Assembly: GCA_943787795.1 (NCBI GenBank)
Contig: CALSNU010000006.1
Coordinates: 352,001-416,000, forward strand
Source: an uncultured bacterium
GTDB taxonomy: Bacteria > Planctomycetota > UBA1135 > GCA-002686595
Direction: 5' to 3'
DNA: 64,000 nucleotides
This document shows positions 10,287 to 20,442 of the stretch, piece by piece (position 1 is the first letter of the stretch; every line of letters starts with the position of its first letter). The notes under the pieces are model-generated. The model was not told the DNA's origin and searched no databases. It saw nothing but the letters and a program-made list of their open reading frames with translations. Position numbers and translations under genes: made by a program.

Positions 10287-11436
10287 GTGAAGACCGCACC
10301 CCTCACCAAACACCTCGCCTTCCCGGCCGCCGGCGTCGCCGGCGTCCTCCTCCTCTCCTGCATGGCAGCGCCGCCCTCGTCGGTGCTCGCGTTCGACGGC
10401 GGCCGCGTCCTCGCGGCTGACCCCACCGAGGCAGAACAGGTGGAGCTTCTCCTCGCGAAACTCCAACCCGAGCTCCTCGGGTTGCTCCCCGATACCGCCT
10501 TCGAGGACCTCGACGTCTGGATCCAGGACACCCCGAGCCTCTACAGCAACCCGACCGAGGCCAGCACCGACGCCGAAGGCCTGTGGTCCCCCACGCACCA
10601 GCGCATCATGCTCTCGCGTCACGCGGACCACATCGAGCGAACCCTCGCTCACGAGCTCACCCACGCCGCCCTCGGCGAGAGCTGGGGCCTCCTGCCCGGC
10701 TCGATGGAGGAGGGCCTCGCAGATCACGTCTCCGGCTCCCTCTGCGAGAGCGGCGCCTCTCGGCTCCGCGCGGGCCGCCTGTCCAGCGCCTGCCTCGCCA
10801 CCGGCGGCGTCTCGATCCAGGTGGATGTGATGCCCCGCACCCACGTGGCCAGCACCGGCGAAGGCCTCCACCGGCGAAGCCCGCACCGGGTGGTCCGCCT
10901 CCATCCGCCTCAAGGGCGAGGCCGAGGGCACCGACCCCATGGACGTCTTCCGCCTCGCCGCGGGGCTGTCCTCGACCCGTCTCGAGAGTGGCGCGAAGCG
11001 CGGCTTCTACGGCCTCGCCTACCTCGCCGTCTCTCGCATCGTCGACCGTGACGGCTACAGCGGGCTGCAGGCGCTCTGCCTCGAGGCCACCGAGCAAGGC
11101 CTCTCCAGGGTGCCCTCCTCCTGGATCCTTGACGCCGCCGACCTGGACGCTGAGGCCGCGAGCTGGCGCCGCGCCGCCGCCGACGCCATGGGCGAGGCGG
11201 AGCTCCTTGAGCTCGTGCGCATGTACCCGAGCTTCATCTCGGACTCGATCGAGGGCTACCTCTCCTCCACAGGCGCCTCCCTCGACGTGATCCCCGAGCT
11301 GGAGGTCGAGATCTCCCTCCGTGAGGGCACCGCCCAGGTGCGCCTCAGCCAGCTCCCTGTGCTCCGGGAGCAGCTCGTGGCCGACATCACCCGGCGGCAC
11401 GTGGACACGCTCCGACTTGCCTCAGCCCATCGCTGA
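10287..11436 (+). pseudogene. Gluzincin-like metallopeptidase lipoprotein, split by one frameshift (probably a sequencing error)
   Basis: LLLSC lipobox-like; LAHELTHAAL...EEGLAD. Removing one G at 10863-10864 joins ORF 10245..11051 to ORF 10939..11436 through ASTGEASTGEARTGW. Confidence 0.7.
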
Positions 11437-12312
11437 TTCGTAGCGCCGCAGGCCCCGCCGGAACACGCGGGTCACGAGCACAGCGAAGGCGATGAGGACC
11501 AGCGGGTAGCCGAGGGCGAAGCCCGGATCCAGCCGCCCAAGGACCAGTGAAGCGGGGTACCACGCCATCCCCGCCACCGGCAAGACGAACATCAGGACGC
11601 GCCCCACTGCGCCGGGATACACCTCCAGCGGCCGCTCGCCGAAGCTCGTGACCAGCATGGACACCAGGTGCCCCACGTCCGAGTTCAGCAGCCAGAACTC
11701 CACGACGTTGTAGGAGAGCATCAGGAACACCTGGGACCATGCGATGACGACCGCGGCGCACGGCAGCGCCCAGAGCAGCGTGAGCGGCTCGACGAGCTCC
11801 GGCGCCACGCCGGCGAGCGCGAAGGCCAGCCAGCCGCACCCGAAGAGGAGGTTCGTCAGCCCCTCCGGGCTGAAGCGCTGGAAGAAGTACAGGAACGCGG
11901 TGGGGCCCGGTCGGACCCGGATCGAGTCCAGGTTGCCGTTCTTCAGGTCCTGACCGAAGTGCCACTGCTGGCCCAGGAAGGTCATGAAGAGCCCGTCCGC
12001 CACGAACACCATGCCCATGTAGACGCGCATCTCCTCGTGGGTCCAGCCGCCCAGCGTCAGCGCCTCCGTGCCCCCGAGCCCGTAGAGGATCTCGAACGTC
12101 AGGATGAAGGCCGCGTAGAAGCACAGGTCCATCAGCACCTGGTTGATGAACTCCACCCGGAACTGACTCTTGCGAACGAAGCCGATTCGCACGTACTGGC
12201 GCTCCACGGCGAGTCCCCAGCGGAGCGCCGACGCGATCCCCCGCGGGGACTGCCCTCGCTGGACGCCGGGCTCCTGGGGCCCGCTCGGCCCTCCTGAATC
12301 GAGCGTGCTCAC
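11422..12312 (-). CDS. ABC-2 type transporter permease (ABC2_membrane_6/DUF990-like)
   Basis: Multiple TM helices; QFRVEF, GNLDSIRVRP and C-terminal FRRGLRRYESAMG; its GTG overlaps the upstream stop (GTGA). Confidence 0.85.
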   Translation of the reverse strand: MSTLDSGGPSGPQEPGVQRGQSPRGIASALRWGLAVERQYVRIGFVRKSQFRVEFINQVLMDLCFYAAFILTFEILYGLGGTEALTLGGWTHEEMRVYMGMVFVADGLFMTFLGQQWHFGQDLKNGNLDSIRVRPGPTAFLYFFQRFSPEGLTNLLFGCGWLAFALAGVAPELVEPLTLLWALPCAAVVIAWSQVFLMLSYNVVEFWLLNSDVGHLVSMLVTSFGERPLEVYPGAVGRVLMFVLPVAGMAWYPASLVLGRLDPGFALGYPLVLIAFAVLVTRVFRRGLRRYESAMG

Positions 12313-13251
12313 ATCCCCGCTCCCACGTACCGGGCGAGCCCACGACGCCACACCCACCGTCTGAGGACCTCAAGGGCCACCAGCTGCACCGCCACCAGCG
12401 CCGCTCCGAAGAGAAAGTCCTCCGTCCCCAACCGCCCCATGAGGAGCTCGATGGGCGCGGTGATCATCCAGTAAGGGAACCCGAAGGACAGGACCCCGTA
12501 GAAGGCCGGCGGGCATCTGCGAGACGGGCACGAGCGCGCCCCCCGTGAAGCCGATCACGAACCAGGCCATCACGAGCAGGCTCCAGACCACGTCGAGCCA
12601 GAAGGCCATCGCGTTCAGGGTGAAGAAGATGAGGAAGCAGCAGTAGCTCCCCATCAGCACGAGCGTTCCCGCCTGGAGGGTCGCCGCGGCGCTCACCGGG
12701 ACCAGCCAGTGGTTGGGAGCCGCCGCGTAGCCGATGAGCCAGACAAGCCCTGCGACCACCACCTGCATGAGCGTGAACTGCAGAAAGCGCCCCTGGTGCA
12801 GCACAAAGAACCGAAAGGGCAATGACCAGGTACTTCGTCACGCGCCCCTCGAAGATCTCGGTGGCCAGGTCGAGCGCCCGGCTGTGGAAGATGAGCTTGC
12901 GCACCACCACGAGGCCCGCCACGTACTGGATGATCTCGGGGTAGGTCCATCCGCCCAGCGCCACGGCAGCCGCCCCCGGGTCCGACCCTGGGTCCGACCC
13001 CACCTCCGAGCCGGCCCCCGGGCCTGCCCCGGGCCTGCCCCCGGGCCTGCCCCCGGGCCTGCCCCCGGGCCCGCGATGGCCGCCGCGCTCCCGTAGAGCG
13101 CGGTGTAGACGAAGAGCATCACGAGCGGCTCGACGGTGCCGTTGAGCACCTCGCGCACGAAGAAGCCCGCGCGGAACTGGATGCGCTTGCGGAACTCGTA
13201 GGCCACCGCACGCAGCAGGAGTGCGGGGGCACGCAGCGCCGCGGAGGTCAC
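12309..13251 (-). pseudogene. ABC-2 type transporter permease with three single-base frameshifts
   Basis: Pieces in successive frames: VTSAALRAP..QFRAGFF; GGWTYPEIIQY..GRVTKYLV; MPFRFF..FTGGALVP; FYGVLSFGFPYW..WRRGLARYVGAGM*. Indels at about 13027-13030, 12821-12822 and 12506-12507. Confidence 0.8.
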
Positions 13252-14311
13252 CGCTCGCCGCCCTCGGCGGCCTTGATGCCGCGCCGATAGATCTCCCGAA
13301 TCAGGCGCTCCAGCGGCTGCCGTTCCACCGAGAGGTCCTTCACCTCGAGCAGCGAGAAGAGCCTCGGCACGAGCTCGGCGAGGCGCTCTGCAGAGACGAT
13401 GACCGTCAGCGCCCCGGCGCTGCGCCCGGCGAGCTCGGCTCCGTGCAGGGAGAGCTCTGCGACGAGGGACTCCTCGTCGATCCGGGCGTTCGGGTGGACG
13501 TGGACCTCCACCGCCCGCTTCCCCGTCACCCGCTGGGAGAGATCGGTCAGGCCCCCGTCGAACGCCACTGCCCCCTGGTCGAGGACCACGATCCGGCGGC
13601 ATGTCTCCTCGATGTCTCGAGGTCGTGGCTGGTGAGCACGAAGGTCACAGAACGCTGCCGGGAGAGGCCCACGAGGAACCGGCGGATCGTCTCCCGAGAG
13701 ATCAGGTCCAGGCCGATGGTGGGCTCATCCAGGAAGACGACCTCCGGCGAGTGCAGGAAGGCGCCGATGATCTCCATCTTCATGCGCTGCCCCAGGGACA
13801 GCTGGCGGAGCTGGATCTTGAGCCGGTCCTCCACGTCGAGCATCGAGGCGAAGCGCGCCAGGCGTTCGGCGAAGTCGGCGTCGGAGACCCCGTAGATCTC
13901 CTTGAGCAGGCGGAAGGAGTCGATCGGAGGGAGGTCCCACCACAGCTGGCTCTTCTGCCCCATCACGAGGGCCAGGCGCCGCTTCTCGGCGTCCCTCAGG
14001 TCAAAGGAGTCTCGCCCCAGCAGCCTCGCTTCCCCGGAGGACGCGGGCACGATCCCGGCGAGGATCTTGACCAGCGTCGTCTTCCCCGCGCCGTTCGCCC
14101 CGATCAAGCCAACGCTCTCGCCCCGCTCGACGCGCAGATCAACGCCGTCGAGGGCCGCGATGTCCACGTGCTCACGGGCGACAAAGTTCTTGAGGATCCC
14201 GCGCAGCCCGGGCACTCGTTCGAAGGTCCGGAACACCTTCCGGACTCCGCGCGCTTCCAGCACCGGGCCGTCGGCGGCGCGATGAGGCGTTGAACCCGAC
14301 AGACCGCTCAC
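13248..14311 (-). pseudogene. ABC transporter ATP-binding protein with one frameshift (near 13616)
   Basis: Walker A GANGAGKTT, signature LSLGQRMK and Walker B VVFLDEPT. Adding one G at about 13616 restores SHDLEDIEETCRRIVVLDQG and joins ORF 13248..13589. Confidence 0.85.
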
Positions 14312-14761
14312 ACGGGACAGGGTCCAATCCGCGTGGCAGTTCGGCGTCTCGAAGACGCGCAGGCCCACCAGCCGCACCCCGCGCCCTGCGGCGTCGGGGA
14401 GCTGGTCGAACTCCTCCTGGAACCGGGACGCCAGCCAGCCGCAGAGGTTCTCGACGGTCGTCGGGAAGTTCACCTCGCAGCGCTTGTCCCCCTGCGAATC
14501 GAGGAAGTCGCGGAGCGCCGCGTCCCCCTTGTCCACGATGCATGCGTGGTCCAGGTGACCATCCACGAAGCCCTTCATGGCCTTGAAGGCATCCCCGAAG
14601 TCCAGGACCATGCCCAGCTCGTCCGTCGTCTCTGCGCTCAGCGTGGCGATGGCGACGTAGCGGTGGCCGTGCAGGTTCTTGCACTTGGTGGTACAGCGCG
14701 GGCCGAGCCGGTGCGCCATGTCCCACTCAATCCGCCTGGAGATGGTGACCGTGCCGTTCAT
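14308..14761 (-). CDS. queD: 6-carboxy-5,6,7,8-tetrahydropterin synthase (PTPS/QueD); reads in frame into the ABC ATPase as sequenced
   Basis: MAHRL, CKNLHGHRY (CxxxHGH), GMVLDF, LDH, PTTVENL and VFETPN motifs; ATG at 14761. The end coordinate assumes a stop at 14308-14310 after correcting one indel. Confidence 0.85.
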
Positions 14762-14824
14762 GGGGAGGAGCTTATAGCCTCGCGCCGCGCAGGTAGGGCT
14801 CCCTCCCGGTATCATCCGCGAGTC

Positions 14825-15856
14825 ATGCTCCACGCCTCTCCCCTGGACACCGAGCGCCCCGCTGCCGGGCGCTCCTCCGGCGCCGCGCCGGACCTCGTCA
14901 AGATCCGCAACCTCCGGGCATGGTCCCTCATCGGGGTCCACCCCCACGAGCGCCTTCAGCCGCAGGAGATCAGGATCGACGTCTGGCTTGAGACAGACCA
15001 CCGGGCAGCCGCGGCCTCCGACAATATCGTGGACGCGCTGGACTACTCAGCGGTGGCCCAGGCCTTCAGGGACCACGCGGGCGAATCGACGCACCAGCTC
15101 ATCGAGACCCTCGGCGAGGACCTCGCCCGTATCGCCCTGGACCGGTTCGGAGCGCGAGCGGTCCGCGTCTCGGTCGAGAAGTCGGGCGCGATCCCCGGCG
15201 CGGACGCCGTGGGCATCGAGATCGAGCGCCGTCGGTCCAGCACATCCGAGCACGGCACCGACCGGATCTGGCGCCACCCCCAATCGCGGCAGATGAGCGG
15301 CTCCGGCGCCACACGCTCCCCGCAAGGCCGGCGCTTTCCGAGGGGCCGGGACACGAGCCCCGAAGCGCGTCTCGTGGTCGTCGGCCTGGGCTCGAACGTC
15401 GACGGCCCCGCCAAGATCGACGAGGCGATCACCGAGATCTCCTTCCTGTACGACTTGCTCGCCCGGTCCACGCGCTACGTCAGCCCTGCCGTCACGGCCG
15501 ACGACGAGCGCGACGAGGCTGGGATCGGGGAGGGTGCGTCCAGGGAGGTCGAGAATTACTCCAACGCAGCCGTCCTGATTCGCACCGCCGAGGATCACGA
15601 CGCCATCAAGGCCGCCCTCGGTGAGATCGAAGCACAGCTCGGTCGGGACCGCTCCACGCCCGCCTCGGTGGCCATCGACCTGGACATCCTCCTGATCCAG
15701 GACGAGGTCATCCGCGTCGGCTCACGCGTCCTCGTGCCCCACCCCGACCTTGAGACTCGACGCTACGCCGCGATCCCGAGCGCGGAGGTCGCGCCCTTCC
15801 TCCGACACTCGGTCACGGAAGTGCCCCTCTCCGACCTCGCCGCGGCGCTGGCCTGA
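14825..15856 (+). CDS. folB/folK: Dihydroneopterin aldolase (FolB) plus 2-amino-4-hydroxy-6-hydroxymethyldihydropteridine diphosphokinase (FolK); one ORF as sequenced, possibly two genes
   Basis: FolB motifs IGVHPHER..Q, ALDY, LIETL and VSVEK; FolK motifs VVGLGSN, YSNAAV, IDLDIL and VPHP. An ATGA at 15293-15296 could be a folB stop / folK start overlap. Confidence 0.88.
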   Translation: MLHASPLDTERPAAGRSSGAAPDLVKIRNLRAWSLIGVHPHERLQPQEIRIDVWLETDHRAAAASDNIVDALDYSAVAQAFRDHAGESTHQLIETLGEDLARIALDRFGARAVRVSVEKSGAIPGADAVGIEIERRRSSTSEHGTDRIWRHPQSRQMSGSGATRSPQGRRFPRGRDTSPEARLVVVGLGSNVDGPAKIDEAITEISFLYDLLARSTRYVSPAVTADDERDEAGIGEGASREVENYSNAAVLIRTAEDHDAIKAALGEIEAQLGRDRSTPASVAIDLDILLIQDEVIRVGSRVLVPHPDLETRRYAAIPSAEVAPFLRHSVTEVPLSDLAAALA

Positions 15857-15894
15857 GGTTCAAAGGGCCGGCGAGGGCGGAGCGAGCCGCCGAG

Positions 15895-16635
15895 TCAGAG
15901 CATCCAGCCGCCCGAGACCTCGAGGTTCTGGCCGATCATGTGACCGGCTTCCTCGGAGATCAGCCAGCGGGCGGTGGCGGCGACCTCTGACATCTTCGCT
16001 GGACGCCCCTGGGGGATCTTCGCCTGGAGCTCGGGGGAGAGAGTGTCGGGCGCGGCGCCGTCGTGCGGCACGAAGCCGGGCGAGATCATGTTCGCTCGAA
16101 CGCCGTGGGGCGCCTCCTGCAGGGCCAACCCCCGCATGAACACGAGGAGCGCCGCCTTGGCGCTGATGTAGGCCGTGGTCACCGTGCGTGCCCGCCACCG
16201 CTCGAGCCCCGAGCAGCCGAAGAACACGTAGGCCCCGGCGCTCGCGCGCAGCGCATCACGAGCCGCGTCCACGACGTGCACGGCGGTCATGAGGTTGCCC
16301 TGGAACATGGCCTCGAACATGGCCGGCGTGGTCTCATCCAGCGAGGCCGTGAGGTAGGGGCCCACCGAGTGCACCACCGCATCGAGCCGGCCCTCTGCCT
16401 CGACCACCTCGCCGACGATCCGCGCGGCGTCTTCGGGCACCGCGACGTCCCCGATCCGCACGCCCCCCGGACCGAGCAAGCCCTCGAGCTCGGCCCGCTT
16501 GCCCTCCTGCCGCGAGGTCACGTGCACGCGCCAGCCCTCCGAGTGCAGCAGGCGAGCCACGCCAAGGCCGATGCCCTGGTTCCCGCCGGTGATGAGGGCG
16601 ACCTTTTGCCGCGGCGCTGTCTCCGATTCGCTCAT
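15895..16635 (-). CDS. Short-chain dehydrogenase/reductase (SDR)
   Basis: ITGGNQGIG, YISAK (YxxxK), GVRANMISPG and GQNLEVSGG motifs. Confidence 0.9.
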   Translation of the reverse strand: MSESETAPRQKVALITGGNQGIGLGVARLLHSEGWRVHVTSRQEGKRAELEGLLGPGGVRIGDVAVPEDAARIVGEVVEAEGRLDAVVHSVGPYLTASLDETTPAMFEAMFQGNLMTAVHVVDAARDALRASAGAYVFFGCSGLERWRARTVTTAYISAKAALLVFMRGLALQEAPHGVRANMISPGFVPHDGAAPDTLSPELQAKIPQGRPAKMSEVAATARWLISEEAGHMIGQNLEVSGGWML

Positions 16636-16743
16636 GATCCGTGGGTTCATCCCGGGCGCGCCGACGATCCGGAGCGCGTTTGCTGAAGGGGGCGGTCCTT
16701 GACCTAGGATGTGCACAGGGCCGCAAGACGCGGCGACATCCTA

Positions 16744-17682
16744 ATGACCGACCATCCGATCACAGACTTCCACGCGCACTTCTTCGCGCGCCCCTTCTTC
16801 GACGCGCTTGCCCAGCAGAGCCCCCTCCCCGGGACTCCGGAGGAGAAGCTCGCCGCGGCCGCCGCCAAGGCCGGCCTTGAGCTGCCGGAGGGCCCCGTGG
16901 CGGCGCACCGGGACCGGTGGCTGGCAGAGATGGACCGGAACGGCGTCCGGCGCCTGGCCGCCTTCGCCAGCGCTCCCGAGGAGATCCCCGCGGTCGCCGA
17001 GGCTGCCGCGGGTTCGGACGGCCGCCTCGTCCCGATCGCGGTCTGCAATCCGGTCGCCCCCGGAGCCGCAGACCGCCTGCGCCCGCTGCTGGAGCAGAAG
17101 GGGTTCCGCGGCGTGCTCCTCTTTCCCGCGATGCACCACTACCACGTCGCCGACGAGGCGGCGCGGCCCGTGCTCGACCTCCTCGAGGAGCACCGGGCCG
17201 TGGCCTACGTGCACTGCGGGATCCTGGTCGTGAAGCTCCGCGACCTGCTCGGCCTGCCGCGCCCCTACGACCTCAACTACGCGAACCCCCTCGACGTCAT
17301 CCCCGCCGCCAACCGGCACCCGGGCCTGACATTCTGTGTCCCGCACTTCGGGGCCGGCTTCCTGCGGGAGACCCTGATCGCGGGGGCCCAGTGCCCCAAC
17401 GTCATCACCGACACCTCGTCCACCAACAGCTGGACCAAGACCCAGCCGGACTTCCCGTCCCTGACAGACGTGCTGGCACGAGCCCTGGACGTCTTCGGTC
17501 CCGAGCGAGTCGTCTTCGGCACCGACTCGAACGTCTTCCCGGCCGGCTGGCGGCACGAGCGCTACGAGCGCTGGCGCGCCATCGCCCAGGAGCTCGGCCT
17601 GTCCGCCGAGGACCAGCGGTCGCTCTTCTCTGCGAACGCCGAGCGGCTGCTCGCGCCGGCCGCTGCCCACGCGGCCACCTGA
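16744..17682 (+). CDS. Amidohydrolase family protein (Amidohydro_2-like)
   Basis: DFHAH, VHCG, PHFG and FGTDS metal-binding pattern. Confidence 0.85.
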   Translation: MTDHPITDFHAHFFARPFFDALAQQSPLPGTPEEKLAAAAAKAGLELPEGPVAAHRDRWLAEMDRNGVRRLAAFASAPEEIPAVAEAAAGSDGRLVPIAVCNPVAPGAADRLRPLLEQKGFRGVLLFPAMHHYHVADEAARPVLDLLEEHRAVAYVHCGILVVKLRDLLGLPRPYDLNYANPLDVIPAANRHPGLTFCVPHFGAGFLRETLIAGAQCPNVITDTSSTNSWTKTQPDFPSLTDVLARALDVFGPERVVFGTDSNVFPAGWRHERYERWRAIAQELGLSAEDQRSLFSANAERLLAPAAAHAAT

Positions 17683-17708
17683 CCCACGGCGCCCGCCGCT
17701 GCGCGCGG

Positions 17709-19508
17709 TCAGCGGCCCCCCGTGACGCTCCCGACCCCGGCGACCGGATCCACCAGCTCCTCGATGGGCACCGATTGGAAGACCACGCTCCCCGAGCTGG
17801 CCCGATACATCACGCCCACGGAGTCGACGTCCGCCATGGCGAGCCCAGGGCCGCCGACGGCCCTCCCATCGTCCAAGACCACCTCCCGGTGGGCCGGCCA
17901 ACGCTGGCCGCCATCATTGGAACCCCGAACCGACATGCGCAGGGGGGGCTTGCGGGGTACGGCGGCGTTGGCCGAGATGAGGCGACCGTCCATGGCGCTG
18001 GTGAGCTCACGGCCCACGTGCATCAGGGCCGCCGCGCCGCCCGCGCAGGGCAGCAAGGGCTCCGGCGGTCGAACGGGCGCCCTCCACGCCCCGTCGATCT
18101 CTCGCCAGAGGCGCAGCTCGCGCGACGCTTGACGCAGACTGGCCGCGGACACCAGGACCGCCCCGTCCCCCAGCTCCGCGTACGACGCCGCCGAGCGACC
18201 CCGGGGCCCGAGCGTGATGAACGAGGTCCCGCCGCGACGGGACTCTCGCAGGAGCACAGGGCGCCTCGAGGTGCCGGGGCCTCTGATCTCCAGGGGCCAA
18301 AGCCACTCGCCGCCGCTGGCAGCGATCCCGCGGCCGCCCGAAGAGACAATGGTCCGCTGCGAGAGGTCCACCTCTCTCCCCGCCGCGTCGACGCCGATCC
18401 GAGGGATCTGAAGCGGCTCTGGCGTCGACCAGGTGCGGCCGCCGTCGGCGCTGCTGAGCACCACGAGCGCGGGCGCCGCGCCCTCCGCGCCAGCTCCTCT
18501 CAAGGGCGCGGGAATCTGGCAGAGCAATCGAAACGCGCCAGTGCGCCCGTCAAAGAGGAGCGCAGGCGCGTCGATCGGAACCTGCCACGTCCCTGCGCGA
18601 CCGGCGATTCGCAACGCACCCACATCCCAGGTTCGACCCCCGTCCACGCTCCGGGCCACCGTCGCGGGGCCAGGGGCGCTCACCTCGCCGGTGAAGGGGG
18701 CGAAGGCCCCGCCGTCGAGGATGTCATCCGCCGCCTCATCGTTGTCGGCACCGTTGATCGCAAGGACCGCAAGCACCACGAAGTCTCCCCCAAGTCGCCC
18801 CCCGGCCATCGCCGCGGCGGGGAGCTTCCCACCGCCCCGCGGCGACGGGGCCGGCGGACCTGACAAAGGGGTCGCTTTGGAATCCAGCTGCCCGGAGGCC
18901 GTTGCGGCGAACGCTGCCGGCGCGTGAAGCGAGACCGCCAGGCGGGAGACCACGTCGCTGAGCATGTCCAGCCGCCCCGTCTCCTCCGAGCCCAGCTCGA
19001 GCCGCCACTGGATCGGCCCCTCCAGGTCGAGCTCCGCCGCGTCTGGCGCGGCCTCGAGCCGGGCGTGGAGGACCATGTTGATCCGCGACGGGACCGGATC
19101 CACGGCGCCGGCCGGGAGCACGAGCGTCGAAGCCCCTAGCGAACTACTGCCGCCCAGGCCTCCGCCCGGGTAGGACAAGGTCGCGCTGAGGGCGGCCACC
19201 TTGACACCCTCGGGGAGCGCCACCGCGCTCAACCGCAGGCCCTGGAGGACCCTGGACTGGAGCTCGCCCCCGTCCGCGGTGTTCACGGTGGCAATGGGCA
19301 CCGAGCGGCCAAGCTCCAGCGGTCGCACCAGCCACTCCACGCCCTCGGCGGGGACCTGACTGTACCCGAATCCCGTGAACACGTAGAAGGACTCGGGCCC
19401 TTCCGCCTCGGCCACTGCCTGCCGGCAGAAGCCGACCGTGGAGAGCGCGAGCCAGAGCGCAGGGACGAGCGCCCATCCGGCGGCGTGCGGCCCGCGGCCG
19501 AGGGGCAT
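17709..19508 (-). CDS. Secreted sialidase-like (BNR/Asp-box) beta-propeller protein
   Basis: Signal-like N-terminus; Asp-boxes SVDGGRTW, SADGGRTW and SNDGGQRW; ATG 19508 overlaps the eboB stop (TGATG). Confidence 0.75.
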   Translation of the reverse strand: MPLGRGPHAAGWALVPALWLALSTVGFCRQAVAEAEGPESFYVFTGFGYSQVPAEGVEWLVRPLELGRSVPIATVNTADGGELQSRVLQGLRLSAVALPEGVKVAALSATLSYPGGGLGGSSSLGASTLVLPAGAVDPVPSRINMVLHARLEAAPDAAELDLEGPIQWRLELGSEETGRLDMLSDVVSRLAVSLHAPAAFAATASGQLDSKATPLSGPPAPSPRGGGKLPAAAMAGGRLGGDFVVLAVLAINGADNDEAADDILDGGAFAPFTGEVSAPGPATVARSVDGGRTWDVGALRIAGRAGTWQVPIDAPALLFDGRTGAFRLLCQIPAPLRGAGAEGAAPALVVLSSADGGRTWSTPEPLQIPRIGVDAAGREVDLSQRTIVSSGGRGIAASGGEWLWPLEIRGPGTSRRPVLLRESRRGGTSFITLGPRGRSAASYAELGDGAVLVSAASLRQASRELRLWREIDGAWRAPVRPPEPLLPCAGGAAALMHVGRELTSAMDGRLISANAAVPRKPPLRMSVRGSNDGGQRWPAHREVVLDDGRAVGGPGLAMADVDSVGVMYRASSGSVVFQSVPIEELVDPVAGVGSVTGGR

Positions 19509-20413
19509 CAGTTGGGCACCTCGCCGTCGACGCGGGCCGGCTGGCCGCGGAGGACCGAGTTGTCGCTGAAGAGCTCGCGCTGGTCCACGACGACGGCCTC
19601 CCCGAGGGCGTCCATGTCGATCTGCCCGGAGTAGCCGTAGGCCTTCGCGGCGTTGCCCCAGGTGGCCTGCTCCACGGCCTCGGGGGAGACCCCCTGGTCG
19701 AGCATCATCTTGGCGGTCTTGGGCACCGAGAGCGGATCGCTGACGCCCCAGTCGCAGGAGCTGTCCACGATGAAGCGCTCGGCGCCGTACTTCTTGGTGA
19801 GGTCCACCATCCGCTGGGAACCCATCTTGGTGTGCGGATAGATCGTGAACGCCGCCCACGCCCCCGCGTCGAGGACGTCCTCGACGGTCTCCTCGTTGTT
19901 GTGGTCGATGACCAGCTTCTCCATGTCGATGCCGATCTCCTTCGCCACGTCGAGGGACCGGATGATCCCGCGCTTCTTGTCCCGGTGCGGGGAGTGGACC
20001 ATCACGACCATGTCGTGGTCCTTGGCGAACTGGAGCTGCCACTGGTAGGCCTTCTCCTCGGCCTCGGTGATCTCGTCGTAGCCGATCTCGCCGATGGCGA
20101 CCACGCCCTCCTTCAGGGCGAAGCGCGGGAGGATCTCCAGCACCTCGCGAGCGAGGCCCTCGTCGTTGGCCTCCTTGGAGTTCAGGCCGATGGCGCAGTA
20201 GTGGGTGATGCCGAACTGCGACGCGCGGAAGCGCTCCCAGCCCACCAGGCTCGAGTAGTAGTCGATGAAGGAGCCGACGTTGGTGCGCGGCTGGCCCAGC
20301 CAGAAGGCCGGCTCGATGAGCGCGCGGACTCCGGCGGCGGCCATGCGCTCGTAGTCGTCGGTGGTCCGCGACGTCATGTGCGCGTGCGGATCGAAGAAGC
20401 GTGCCTTGTCCAT
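19508..20413 (-). CDS. eboB: TatD family hydrolase, EboB type
   Basis: FDPHAHMTSRTTDDY..IEPAFWLGQPRT..WERFRASQFGI..IGLNSKEAN, GEIGYD, HSPHRDK, DHNNE and YPHTKM motifs; directly downstream of an EboA-like gene. Confidence 0.88.
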   Translation of the reverse strand: MDKARFFDPHAHMTSRTTDDYERMAAAGVRALIEPAFWLGQPRTNVGSFIDYYSSLVGWERFRASQFGITHYCAIGLNSKEANDEGLAREVLEILPRFALKEGVVAIGEIGYDEITEAEEKAYQWQLQFAKDHDMVVMVHSPHRDKKRGIIRSLDVAKEIGIDMEKLVIDHNNEETVEDVLDAGAWAAFTIYPHTKMGSQRMVDLTKKYGAERFIVDSSCDWGVSDPLSVPKTAKMMLDQGVSPEAVEQATWGNAAKAYGYSGQIDMDALGEAVVVDQRELFSDNSVLRGQPARVDGEVPN

Positions 20414-20442
20414 GGGTCGAGGTGCGCGCGGGAAGCGGCGGG

